DNA of 44,883 nucleotides from assembly GCA_030395855.1 (NCBI GenBank), contig GCA_030395855.1_4325.1. The stretch is one strand, 5' to 3'. This DNA is from a phage. Below the pieces are notes generated by a model. The model saw only the letters and a list, made by a program, of their open reading frames with translations. It did not search any database and was not told the DNA's origin. Both the position numbers and the translations under genes were made by a program. Positions 28,813 through 37,302 of the stretch are shown here, piece after piece. Numbering within the stretch: position 1 is the first letter of the stretch; each line of letters opens with the position of its first letter.

Positions 28813-29228
28813 ACATTACAGACAAAGTTGATTACATTGAGTTTTACTCTGGACCTGTTAAGTCGTGTCCGAAAGAGGATGACGAACAAATCTTTTGCTC
28901 TGATTGGGTTAAGTATAACTATCCAGATATGGTATTTTTCCACTGCGTAAATGAGGGTAAGAAAACCATTGGTCAAGCAAGGAAGGACCAGGCTAAAGGA
29001 TTGCTCAAAGGGGTCTCGGACTGTTTATTCCTGATACCTGAATCGCTTAGAGGCAGTTATCCATTTGGAGCCATAGAGCTAAAGAGGGCAGGAAAAACTC
29101 AGGCTAGCCCGGTCAGCGATGAGCAGAGGTCCTTCCTTAAAAGCGTAAGGGAATCAGGAGGTTTCGCCGCCGTGGCCTACGGACGCGAGGGCTTTCTAGC
29201 AGCATTCAAAGAAATGATTTCAAAATAG
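28809..29228 (+). CDS. VRR-NUC domain nuclease
   Basis: DCLFL...GAIELK...SDEQ segment resembling the VRR-NUC PD-(D/E)XK core; ATGA overlap with helicase stop. Confidence 0.6.
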   Translation: MNITDKVDYIEFYSGPVKSCPKEDDEQIFCSDWVKYNYPDMVFFHCVNEGKKTIGQARKDQAKGLLKGVSDCLFLIPESLRGSYPFGAIELKRAGKTQASPVSDEQRSFLKSVRESGGFAAVAYGREGFLAAFKEMISK

Positions 29229-29268
29229 CACGAATTGCTAAAGACGATTTTAAAAGATGGGGTATAGT
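29226..29268 (+). promoter_or_regulatory. conserved promoter/operator-like element copy (canonical)
   Basis: tagcacgaattgcta 29226-29240, 22-nt spacer, TATAGT 29263-29268, leader CCATCGAAATGAA, then RBS and ATG 29305. Confidence 0.65.
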
Positions 29269-29304
29269 TACTCCATCGAAATGAAACAAAGAGAGAGAAA
29301 CAAA

Positions 29305-29517
29305 ATGGCTACTATCTACACCACTAAGAAATACATTTCACGTAAAACTGGTTATGAGTATGAATTAGTAATCACCGCTGATGGTTATGTTCTTGATGAT
29401 GGTGAAGGTTATGCTTTCGAAGTTAGCCCAACTTACAAGGATGATTTAGAAACTGTTAAAAACGAATTTGGCGAAAAATTTGATGAGGTATCAGACAATG
29501 GCAATTTTTACATTTGA
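29305..29517 (+). CDS. hypothetical protein (70 aa)
   Basis: RBS AGAGAGAGA before ATG 29305; downstream of the conserved element. Confidence 0.5.
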   Translation: MATIYTTKKYISRKTGYEYELVITADGYVLDDGEGYAFEVSPTYKDDLETVKNEFGEKFDEVSDNGNFYI

Positions 29518-29719
29518 GAATCAATGGGAAGCATTTAAGTTAATGGCAGTTCAGGAGCTCAAGAAATCTGGATATAACAAAAACCCGTGGGACTTAGCAT
29601 TTTGCCTGGACATGAGTTTTGAAGAAGATTACCTGAACACTGATATCGAAACATGGCGTGACTGTATGGTTGCTGATATCGAAGAAATGAAGAAAGATTG
29701 CCAGGAGGATTTTGAATAA
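29498..29719 (+). CDS. hypothetical protein (73 aa)
   Basis: RBS GAGGT before ATG 29498; overlaps previous gene end. Confidence 0.45.
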   Translation: MAIFTFENQWEAFKLMAVQELKKSGYNKNPWDLAFCLDMSFEEDYLNTDIETWRDCMVADIEEMKKDCQEDFE

Positions 29720-29844
29720 TGAAAATTGTAGACAAAGAGATGTTCGAAATTGCACAGACTTATGCAAGTGACGCAGTAAAAACTGGTTCAGAATATTGCT
29801 GGATGTGTGCTCGAGAATACCTGAAAATGGCTTACGGACTATGA
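29719..29844 (+). CDS. small hypothetical protein (41 aa)
   Basis: Not in ORF track; strong RBS AGGAGG 9 nt upstream of ATG 29719; ATGA coupling to next gene. Confidence 0.4.
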   Translation: MKIVDKEMFEIAQTYASDAVKTGSEYCWMCAREYLKMAYGL

Positions 29845-30089
29845 TAGTTGAAACCGGACGCGCCGCAGTTTGGGCGCACTGCGGAGAGGCGGGGTTGCAA
29901 GATGACATTAAGCAGATATCCCGATTCTTTGACATAAAAGATATCAGCGTTGTGTTTAATGGGAAGCTCTCTTACATGGAGGAGCGCCCAAGAAAATACG
30001 TAAGAGTTAAGCCAGGAGTTAGAATTGATGTTAACGAGTTCCTTAAATCTGAGGGATTCAAGTTTAAGATAACGAAGCCTAAGGATTGA
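29841..30089 (+). CDS. hypothetical protein (82 aa)
   Basis: ATG 29841 overlaps upstream stop (ATGA). Confidence 0.45.
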   Translation: MIVETGRAAVWAHCGEAGLQDDIKQISRFFDIKDISVVFNGKLSYMEERPRKYVRVKPGVRIDVNEFLKSEGFKFKITKPKD

Positions 30090-30091
30090 GT

Positions 30092-30343
30092 ATGTTGGGT
30101 TTGGATTTTCAGCCAGAGCATTACGATTTAGTGTATGGGCAAAGTGGGGCTAAGTTTAGGGCGATACCTATTACTGACTGGTTCCCTCCTGATTATTTGG
30201 ATGTGAACGCAAAAACTAAAGACTGTAAGTGGGTGCAGATTTACTACTCAGCAGCTTGCGGAAACCTGTGCATGACTGACCTTGACCAGAAATTAGCAAT
30301 TAGTGCGGAAGTTATCGACTACTGGTTGAAAGAAGTTGAATGA
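30092..30343 (+). CDS. hypothetical protein (83 aa)
   Basis: RBS AAGGA before ATG 30092. Confidence 0.45.
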   Translation: MLGLDFQPEHYDLVYGQSGAKFRAIPITDWFPPDYLDVNAKTKDCKWVQIYYSAACGNLCMTDLDQKLAISAEVIDYWLKEVE

Positions 30344-30426
30344 AGAGCCTGATACCAGTAGCATTAGTCCCACTGTTTAGCTTTACTATCTTATACTTTA
30401 TCGTAATGAATTAAGGAACTTATATA

Positions 30427-31557
30427 ATGGCAACTGCAAAAATAACCAACGAAGAGCTGCGCGAAGAACTGGCAAGCGGCATGACCAACAAGGCAATAGC
30501 AGAGAAGTACGGAATGAACATTCGCAACGTTGAATTGCGTCGTAGTAAGCTGGCTAAGAGTGGAGAATTGCACGGAAACCCAGGCATCAAGAAGCTAGTT
30601 CCTGACGGTTATTTGGTCAAAGGTACTTCAACCATGATTGACGCGGAAGGAAACGAGAAGATCCGTTGGGTTAAGACCTCAATTGATAATGAGCGCCTTG
30701 ATGTTCTGATGGAGAAAGCTCGCGAGGCATTCTGCTCTGATTTGCCAAAGGCAGATGTAGTCACCCACTCAGGTAATGAAGTTAACTCTGAATTGATGAC
30801 TCTTTATCCGATTTTCGATATCCATATCGGTATGATGGCACATCGTCATGAGTCTGGTGAGAATTATGACACGAACACGGCAGAGGAATTGATGGGATCA
30901 TATTTTGACCATGCAATTTCTGTATCTCCAGCCTCAGAGAAAGCAGTAATTTTAGTTGGCGGCGACTTCCTTCACTCAGACGGACTTGAGGCTGTAACCC
31001 CAGCAAGCGGACACTGCCTTGATCAAGATAGCCGATATGCTAAGTTAGTTTATGTGGCAATTCGCTCAATTCGTGGCGCGGTAGAGAAGATGCTTAAGAA
31101 ACACAAGGAAGTAGAGATTCAAATCATAGAGGGAAATCACGACCAGAGTGGTATGATTTGGCTCCGTGCGGCAATGGCTGCATTTTATGAAAACGAGAAT
31201 CGCGTGTTTGTTGATACTAGTCCGGCAATCATGCACAAGACGCGATTTGGCTCAACATTACTTGGTTACACGCACGGCCACACAATGAAGAAAGCTGAGG
31301 GTCGACTCGCGGCAATGGCGACAGACTACCGCAAAGACTTTGGTGAATGTGAATTCGTTTACTGCCATTCCGGCCATTTCCATCATGCAACCGTTACAGA
31401 ATGCACTCTTGGTATTGATGAGGTGCACCCTGCACTTGCCAGTAAGGATGCATATGCAGCACGGGGAGGGTGGCGATCATACCGACAGGCGGCTGCAATT
31501 GTTTACCACAAGAATTTTGGCGAGGTTGGTAGACACATTTATCGTCCTGGTATGTAA
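30427..31557 (+). CDS. calcineurin-like metallophosphoesterase with N-terminal HTH-like domain
   Basis: Motifs DIHIG, GGDFLHSD, GNHD, GHTH, GHFH match the metallophosphoesterase signature; N-terminal TNKAIAEKYGMNIRNVELRR is HTH-like. Confidence 0.7.
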   Translation: MATAKITNEELREELASGMTNKAIAEKYGMNIRNVELRRSKLAKSGELHGNPGIKKLVPDGYLVKGTSTMIDAEGNEKIRWVKTSIDNERLDVLMEKAREAFCSDLPKADVVTHSGNEVNSELMTLYPIFDIHIGMMAHRHESGENYDTNTAEELMGSYFDHAISVSPASEKAVILVGGDFLHSDGLEAVTPASGHCLDQDSRYAKLVYVAIRSIRGAVEKMLKKHKEVEIQIIEGNHDQSGMIWLRAAMAAFYENENRVFVDTSPAIMHKTRFGSTLLGYTHGHTMKKAEGRLAAMATDYRKDFGECEFVYCHSGHFHHATVTECTLGIDEVHPALASKDAYAARGGWRSYRQAAAIVYHKNFGEVGRHIYRPGM

Positions 31558-31558
31558 A

Positions 31559-31601
31559 TAGCACTTTTTGCCTAAAACATGCCGTAGAAATGCGGCATAA
31601 T
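31559..31601 (+). promoter_or_regulatory. conserved promoter/operator-like element copy
   Basis: tagcactttttgcct, 22-nt spacer, CATAAT, leader AAATCGAAACGAG. Confidence 0.55.
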
Positions 31602-31631
31602 CACCAAATCGAAACGAGATGAGGAATTGTA

Positions 31632-32105
31632 ATGATTTACGTATTTGATATCGATGGAACTATAGCTAATAATGAGCATAGAAGTCACCTCTTGCCATCC
31701 AGCGACCTTCACTTGACTTCAAGTTGGAAGGATTACAATAAAGCCTGTTCTGGAGACTCACCAATAATCCCAATGATAAAAATGATGAATGCTTTAGCTG
31801 AGTCATCTCAAGTTTACATAATGACCTCAAGAAGTGATGAAGTTGAATTGAGAACCCTTGAGTGGCTTCAGGATAATGAGATTGAGTGTGATTCGATATA
31901 CATGAGAAGTAGACATGACAACCGAAAAGATTACAAAATAAAAGAGCAATGGCTTAATGAAATCAGTGGTGGCGATAAAGGCAATGTGGTTATTTTTGAA
32001 GATAACCCAAAAGTAATTAAGCACCTAAGAAGTCGCGGATACACAGTTATGGCTGTATGTGAATATGAAGAACTACCTAAAGATTGCGAATCTCACGGAG
32101 AATGA
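31632..32105 (+). CDS. HAD-superfamily phosphatase (polynucleotide 3-phosphatase-like)
   Basis: N-terminal FDIDGT motif (HAD motif I); 157 aa. Confidence 0.6.
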   Translation: MIYVFDIDGTIANNEHRSHLLPSSDLHLTSSWKDYNKACSGDSPIIPMIKMMNALAESSQVYIMTSRSDEVELRTLEWLQDNEIECDSIYMRSRHDNRKDYKIKEQWLNEISGGDKGNVVIFEDNPKVIKHLRSRGYTVMAVCEYEELPKDCESHGE

Positions 32106-32107
32106 AA

Positions 32108-32662
32108 ATGACTAAATTATTTATCCTTAACGGACCGGCTGGAGTTGGCAAGGACACTATCGCAGATATTATGCTCGAGTTGGGTGTTGTTGATGGGAAA
32201 GTTTCATTCAAGTCACCAATGTTCGATGTAGCCAGGGGGATGCTATCAAAGGGTGAATTTGATTGGTTTATTGAGAACTACAACAACCGAGACGAGAAAG
32301 AAAAGCATCAAGAGATACTTGGCGGTAAAAGCATTCGAGAATTCATGATTTGGATTAGCGAGTCTGTAATGAAGCCAGTCTTTGGTGATGATGTCTTCGG
32401 TAAAAGGCTCGCCCAGTCACTTGGTGATGGTTGCTACATTTGCGCTGACGGTGGATTTACTAGCGAGATTAAGACACTGGTCGACGCTGGTGTTGAGGTC
32501 ACGTTAATTAGATTGCATAGGGAAGGGTACACATTTGATGGCGATAGTCGCTCATACATTCACGGGGTGTGCGCAAGAGAAATTGATGTTCGTGTTGTTG
32601 ATTGTGATATTAATGAAACATCAGCATTGGTAAGGCACGTAATAAATAGCACGAATTTCTAA
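32108..32662 (+). CDS. P-loop kinase, dNMP-kinase-like (paralog 1)
   Basis: Walker A GPAGVGKDT near N-terminus; about 45 percent identical by eye to the ORF at 39543..40160. Confidence 0.6.
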   Translation: MTKLFILNGPAGVGKDTIADIMLELGVVDGKVSFKSPMFDVARGMLSKGEFDWFIENYNNRDEKEKHQEILGGKSIREFMIWISESVMKPVFGDDVFGKRLAQSLGDGCYICADGGFTSEIKTLVDAGVEVTLIRLHREGYTFDGDSRSYIHGVCAREIDVRVVDCDINETSALVRHVINSTNF

Positions 32663-32688
32663 AACACAAATCAAAAGATGGGGTATAT
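32646..32688 (+). promoter_or_regulatory. conserved promoter/operator-like element copy
   Basis: tagcacgaatttcta, 22-nt spacer, TATATT; the element encodes the last codons and stop of the kinase gene. Confidence 0.6.
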
Positions 32689-32721
32689 TTACTCCATCGA
32701 AACAAACGAGAGTATACAAAT

Positions 32722-32907
32722 ATGGCTAAGTTCAAACAATCAGATGCACAGATCGAAGTTAAAAACGTTGGCCTTGGTAATACATTTAAGATTGCCCAGG
32801 CGTATGGTTCTAGCGAAGAAGGTGTGAAAGTTGACACCATTAACCTTACTGCTAAAAACGCGCGTGAAATTGCTAACGCAATCCTTTCGGTACTTGGAGA
32901 AAAATAA
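32722..32907 (+). CDS. hypothetical protein (61 aa)
   Basis: Downstream of the conserved element; ATG 32722. Confidence 0.5.
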   Translation: MAKFKQSDAQIEVKNVGLGNTFKIAQAYGSSEEGVKVDTINLTAKNAREIANAILSVLGEK

Positions 32908-32908
32908 C

Positions 32909-33094
32909 ATGGCTGACTTTTCATCAACAAAATATGATAGTTCTTTCGAAGACTGGTTTGAGCAGGTAGTCACGCTTGTAGAGTTTAACGGCTACAATCC
33001 AAGAATGATTGACGAAGATACTTTTAGATTCAAATACGATGATGGCGACATGGTTGACGATGCATTCTATTCTGAATACGACATTGAGGATTAA
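32909..33094 (+). CDS. hypothetical acidic protein (61 aa)
   Basis: RBS GGAGA before ATG 32909. Confidence 0.45.
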   Translation: MADFSSTKYDSSFEDWFEQVVTLVEFNGYNPRMIDEDTFRFKYDDGDMVDDAFYSEYDIED

Positions 33095-33098
33095 AGAA

Positions 33099-33272
33099 AT
33101 GAATAAATTATTCTGCGTTAGCAACAAATCTAAATCACTGCCTTTCACTGTAAACAATACTTACAGCGCTGAGTGCCAGGGTGATGGATACTACAAGATT
33201 TATGGCGACGATATGACGCACATCTTAGCGCCGATTGATGGTTCGTTAGTTGAATTTATTGTCGCTGACTAG
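33099..33272 (+). CDS. hypothetical protein (57 aa)
   Basis: RBS GAGGA before ATG 33099. Confidence 0.4.
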   Translation: MNKLFCVSNKSKSLPFTVNNTYSAECQGDGYYKIYGDDMTHILAPIDGSLVEFIVAD

Positions 33273-33298
33273 CGCAGAAAAAACATAGCGTTACGAAC

Positions 33299-33324
33299 GG
33301 GGAGCCTTTTGGCTCCCTTTTTTT
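33299..33324 (+). terminator. intrinsic terminator
   Basis: Hairpin ggggagcc-tttt-ggctccc followed by T7. Confidence 0.7.
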
Positions 33325-33403
33325 ATGCTTCTTTTCCGAGCGGTGATAATGTATCATTCTTTTACTAACTTAAACATTGACAAATACATAAGTGGAGGAT
33401 CAC

Positions 33404-33619
33404 ATGAGGGAAGTAATCAACGCTGCTACTGCGTCAACTGGCGGTGCTGCGTTTACTGGAGCGGCAACTGGTCAAATGACTATAGCAATAATCAGCCTTA
33501 TCGCTCTAATCATTTTTGGAGCATGGGGTGCTTACTGGAAGTATAAGGATAGCCAGGCGATTCGCAGAGCTCTTGAATCGGGAGACTTGAAAACAGCAAT
33601 CAATATAAGGAGTAAATAA
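33404..33619 (+). CDS. holin, pinholin-like (two hydrophobic segments)
   Basis: 71 aa; weakly hydrophobic Gly/Ala-rich segment followed by a strongly hydrophobic helix and charged C-terminus; immediately upstream of endolysin. Confidence 0.55.
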   Translation: MREVINAATASTGGAAFTGAATGQMTIAIISLIALIIFGAWGAYWKYKDSQAIRRALESGDLKTAINIRSK

Positions 33620-34105
33620 ATGAAGCAGAAGCTGCTAATTAGCGCGGCTACGGCTTCGGCAATATACATCGCAGCGCCGATTATTGAGCTCGTTGAGGGT
33701 GTGGAGAACAAACCTTACATTGACATTGCCGGAATACCTACAGTCTGCGCGGGTATCACTGGTCCTGACGTAGTTTGGGGTAAGACTTACAGCAACAGGG
33801 AGTGCCGGAACCTGCTTGAGAATCGCATCCAGATTCATGGAAAGCATGTTCAGGATGCAGTTACCTACCCAATTACACCGCAGACAAGGGCAGCGTTAAT
33901 CAGCTTTAGCTATAACGTTGGTGGTCATGCCATGAAGAATTCAACGGCCGTTAAGTTAATCAACCAGGGTAAAGTGGAGCAAGGTTGTAAGGCTTTGGGT
34001 CTTTGGAATAAAGCTACCGTTAATGGTAAGAAGGTTGTGGTTAAGGGTTTGGTAAACCGCAGGAATGAGGAGATTAAGTTATGCTTAAGAGGATTGCAGC
34101 GTTAG
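33620..34105 (+). CDS. endolysin, lysozyme-like with N-terminal signal-anchor (SAR-type)
   Basis: N-terminal hydrophobic Ala/Ile-rich segment followed by E...D...T catalytic-like region typical of phage lysozymes. Confidence 0.65.
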   Translation: MKQKLLISAATASAIYIAAPIIELVEGVENKPYIDIAGIPTVCAGITGPDVVWGKTYSNRECRNLLENRIQIHGKHVQDAVTYPITPQTRAALISFSYNVGGHAMKNSTAVKLINQGKVEQGCKALGLWNKATVNGKKVVVKGLVNRRNEEIKLCLRGLQR

Positions 34106-34470
34106 TAATGTGCGTAGCTTTATCTGGATGCTCAGCGACATCCGCACTGACCGGATTAATTGGCAGTAAGCCAGAGATTAGCGCCCAGGCTGGTTCCGAG
34201 AACAATAAGGTTGGTGTTGGGTTAACGAACAAGGTTGACTCCAGTAGCTCCAGTGAAGCCACGGTTAAAGATTCTAAGGTTGGGTCACTGGATAGCTCTA
34301 GCGGGAAAAAGACTGCTGACAACTCGATTAAGGCCTCCACAATCACTGCCGAAAAGATTGAAATTACCAATAACGAATCATCAGCGCTTCCGTGGGTTGG
34401 AACAGGAGCTATGGGTCTGCTGGTTTTAATTCTCATGGCATTAATCTTAAGGCGTAAAAAAGCCTCCTAA
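34081..34470 (+). CDS. unimolecular spanin (N-terminal lipoprotein signal + C-terminal transmembrane helix)
   Basis: Lipobox LSGC at residues 14-17 and C-terminal hydrophobic helix followed by RRKKAS; last gene of the lysis cassette. Confidence 0.6.
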   Translation: MLKRIAALVMCVALSGCSATSALTGLIGSKPEISAQAGSENNKVGVGLTNKVDSSSSSEATVKDSKVGSLDSSSGKKTADNSIKASTITAEKIEITNNESSALPWVGTGAMGLLVLILMALILRRKKAS

Positions 34471-34486
34471 TGGAGGCTATATTTTT
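34455..34486. terminator. bidirectional intrinsic terminator
   Basis: Hairpin agcctcc-taa-tggaggct flanked by A5 and a T-run; between convergent operons. Confidence 0.7.
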
Positions 34487-34820
34487 AGCTAAATAACTCG
34501 TCGTCAGTCATTGTTCCTATATTCATCATCTCTTTTATGTACTTGCTCTGATACCCGCTAAGTGCCTCGAAGTTAAACTCAAATGGCCTTTTCAAACTCC
34601 CCTTGCTAACAAACTCACCGCACTTACCATCAATGTAACCTGCACTCAACATCTTCGCGCAAAACTCCTTTGATGCAGCACTGCAAAACTCTCTATGCGG
34701 CAACCCGGCCGCCTTGCTGAACCTCTCAGAGTCCTTATGTTGGTAGATGAATCGCGCCAAATGCTGGCGCGTGAAATAGGAATACGACTCGCAGAACTTA
34801 AATATATCCAGCAGGAACAT
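34485..34820 (-). CDS. hypothetical protein (111 aa)
   Basis: Minus-strand ORF, RBS GGGGTG, downstream of the DUF3987-like gene in the same operon. Confidence 0.5.
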   Translation of the reverse strand: MFLLDIFKFCESYSYFTRQHLARFIYQHKDSERFSKAAGLPHREFCSAASKEFCAKMLSAGYIDGKCGEFVSKGSLKRPFEFNFEALSGYQSKYIKEMMNIGTMTDDELFS

Positions 34821-34823
34821 TCA

Positions 34824-36407
34824 TCACCCCAATAGTCTTGGATTAATGTAAACTTTATCACCAATCAGGCATGTATAGTTTTTCTCATCAAGCATTGGCA
34901 GTAAGTGATCTTTAATCTTCGTCATTACTCCCGCCTGGGCCTCGAACGGCTTAACCTTACGCGCTGCCTCGTACAGAGAACGAATACCCACTACACCTTT
35001 GCCGTTCCTTCCTTGCTTAATCAGAATATCAATCAGCTTATTCATCTCTGCATTGTCGCCAGCGTGACCAGCGGCGTTGGCAGATGACAAATAAGTCTTA
35101 CTCAGTTCCTGGAACATAATCACAGCCTCTTGCATGGTATCGAGTTCAATCTCTCTGGACTTCTGAGGGCTACCGCCATTTGGGTTGAACCAGTTACGAA
35201 CAGTGTGAAGGACAGCCGCAATCCTGATGGCTTGCTTATCGAACTTACCCAGAGCGCCGCGCAACATTGTGTGTGAATACTTCCCGCCGTCAGCAAGGTG
35301 AGGTTCCATTTCCTGACGCGCGCGGTTGAGATATTTCATTGCTGAATTACTAACTGTCAACTTAACTTCCTGCTCATTCATTATCTCGTGAACTAAACGG
35401 AAGTAATCAGCCTTCAACCCGGCATCAATTGGTTCATAAGTCGATTCGCCATTTTCATCAACGAATACACGCTCGCCCAGTAATGACTTTTCACGTACAA
35501 GCAGGAAACGCTCAGATACACCGATACCACGCGCGCCAGCGTTCATGATAGCGTTGATTGTCTCATCCTGCGCAATTACAGAGATGCAACCCATAGCGAC
35601 GAAACTCATGTTGTTTTCTGCGTTCGCACGCGCAATGGACACGTTACCAGCATCCCACGCCTTCAGAACAAGCTCGCTGTTAGTTTTCTTAGAGCCGTCA
35701 CCATAGGTCATTCCAAGAAGCGAGTTCACGCTCGTTGCTTCGTCAGAAATTACCGCAAAGTTTCCCTGGCGGTTGTTTATTCTCGCAAGGCCCTCTGGTG
35801 TGGTGTCTGATACGGGGAAAACGATATCGCAAAGTTTCTCGAGCTTTTCCTCAAGCTCATCCTTCTCCTCGAAAAGAGAAGCCATCTCTGACGGGGATTT
35901 TTCCTGCTTCATCTCTTTGGATAATGCAGATAGTTTAGCCATGATCTTTTTGCGCTCACGCTTTCGGACTTCATTCAGTCGCTCAGTCTCAGCAATCATT
36001 GGAGCAATAGATAGCGAGTTAATGGCTGACTTACCAGTCGATGGAGGCTGGCTTGTTACTACGTAAAGCGAGGTTGGTTGTTGAGTTCCATTATATTCCA
36101 CCGTAAAACGGCCTAGCATCGCAGCGGAAATACACCCCAGGAAGTGCATGTAAGCTGAAGACTCTGGAAACTGAACCGAACGGGCGATGTTAGATGAAAG
36201 TTTACCAACAACATCAACATCATTTCCGAGTGAGATTACGGGATACTTGTCGTTAGCTGCATCAATCTCGACCGGAGCCTTCCAGAATGATTGAGACTGG
36301 CGATAGCCATTAGCATTAATAGCGACTCGCAGGGGTGGGAGGTTGTCTGCGGCAGCAATTGCCATAACCTGTTCAACAGATAGCTTATCTTCGTTGAAAT
36401 CAAACAT
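34824..36407 (-). CDS. putative replication NTPase (DUF3987-like, helicase/primase-associated)
   Basis: 527 aa; Walker-A-like PPSTGKSA; RBS GGAGAG; family assignment from memory of motif pattern, not verified. Confidence 0.45.
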   Translation of the reverse strand: MFDFNEDKLSVEQVMAIAAADNLPPLRVAINANGYRQSQSFWKAPVEIDAANDKYPVISLGNDVDVVGKLSSNIARSVQFPESSAYMHFLGCISAAMLGRFTVEYNGTQQPTSLYVVTSQPPSTGKSAINSLSIAPMIAETERLNEVRKRERKKIMAKLSALSKEMKQEKSPSEMASLFEEKDELEEKLEKLCDIVFPVSDTTPEGLARINNRQGNFAVISDEATSVNSLLGMTYGDGSKKTNSELVLKAWDAGNVSIARANAENNMSFVAMGCISVIAQDETINAIMNAGARGIGVSERFLLVREKSLLGERVFVDENGESTYEPIDAGLKADYFRLVHEIMNEQEVKLTVSNSAMKYLNRARQEMEPHLADGGKYSHTMLRGALGKFDKQAIRIAAVLHTVRNWFNPNGGSPQKSREIELDTMQEAVIMFQELSKTYLSSANAAGHAGDNAEMNKLIDILIKQGRNGKGVVGIRSLYEAARKVKPFEAQAGVMTKIKDHLLPMLDEKNYTCLIGDKVYINPRLLG

Positions 36408-36481
36408 TACTTCTCTCCGTATTGTTTCTAAGCGGCCATTATAACAACGACCGCTTATAATTCATTATCAATTTGTGCTTA

Positions 36482-36835
36482 TTATCGGTATTGCGCCTCA
36501 AAGCGATAGTCGCCACAAACTGTAACAAAGCCAACATCTTCGTCACGATATAGCTGCCATGCGCTACCCTCTTTATCGTAAATGTATCCAGCACGCTGCC
36601 CAAGTCCAGCGTGGAGATCTACTTGATATCGCCTCCCTTCAGTGAAGTACTTGCGAATGGATGAGCGATGATTAACCTTTGTGCAGTAGATGGTCTTGGT
36701 CTTGATGTACTTACCACGCTCTTCCAGGTTAATCCATTTTCCATCTTTCTTAATCTGCTCTACACCATCTTTAACGCGAGCTTTGTATAGCACGTTTTCT
36801 TTGCTGATCCAGTTTTTAGTAATCGTAGTAGTCAT
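36482..36835 (-). CDS. hypothetical protein (117 aa)
   Basis: Minus-strand ORF directly downstream of a conserved element. Confidence 0.5.
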   Translation of the reverse strand: MTTTITKNWISKENVLYKARVKDGVEQIKKDGKWINLEERGKYIKTKTIYCTKVNHRSSIRKYFTEGRRYQVDLHAGLGQRAGYIYDKEGSAWQLYRDEDVGFVTVCGDYRFEAQYR

Positions 36836-36871
36836 TTTGATTGCCTTTGCATGTTTCGTTTCGATGAGATG

Positions 36872-36914
36872 AATATACAGGAAAAGCCCCGAAGGGCCTT
36901 AGCAATTCGTGCTA
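36872..36914 (-). promoter_or_regulatory. conserved promoter/operator-like element copy (minus strand)
   Basis: Minus strand reads tagcacgaattgcta, 22-nt spacer containing a gccc-cgaa-gggc hairpin, TATATT, leader CATCGAAACGAA. Confidence 0.55.
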
Positions 36915-37063
36915 TTACGTGCCTGTTCTATCGCCTTGAGCATAATTTCGTGACTTTCTAGCAAGTCCTCGCGAAACCAATCCCCGCATGGCCAACCCTT
37001 ACCGCTGTAAGCTGCAATGGTGCAAAGATCGTAATAGTTGATATCTGATGGCAATAGCATCAT
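36899..37063 (-). CDS. small hypothetical protein (54 aa)
   Basis: Not in ORF track; RBS GAGGTG; ATGA coupling to upstream gene; its stop TAA lies inside the conserved palindrome. Confidence 0.35.
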   Translation of the reverse strand: MMLLPSDINYYDLCTIAAYSGKGWPCGDWFREDLLESHEIMLKAIEQARNSTNC

Positions 37064-37299
37064 TTCACCTCGTCAAAAGTTGCAATCCCAGGGATGAGCA
37101 TTCCAACCTTCCAGCCTGCAATGGCAATCCACCCAGAATCGTGCTTGTGCGGTCGCTCAGCGCCATTAATCAACCATTCGTTCTGGATTACCTTGCCGTT
37201 AATGATTAGTGGCTCAGCGTCGTATACAGAGCCTTTTACGAATGGTGTTAATACTTTCTTATCGGTACTGGTGATGCAATTGGTGCAGTGAATTTTCAT
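37060..37299 (-). CDS. hypothetical protein (79 aa)
   Basis: RBS GAGGA before ATG at 37299. Confidence 0.5.
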   Translation of the reverse strand: MKIHCTNCITSTDKKVLTPFVKGSVYDAEPLIINGKVIQNEWLINGAERPHKHDSGWIAIAGWKVGMLIPGIATFDEVK

Positions 37300-37302
37300 A
37301 TC

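Noticed and set aside
29226-29240. Resemblance of TAGCACGAATTGCT to a sigma54 promoter (TGGCACG-N4-TTGC)
   Set aside because: The GG dinucleotide is AG and the spacing between GCACG and TTGC is 2 nt instead of 4, so the obligatory GG-N10-GC geometry is not met.
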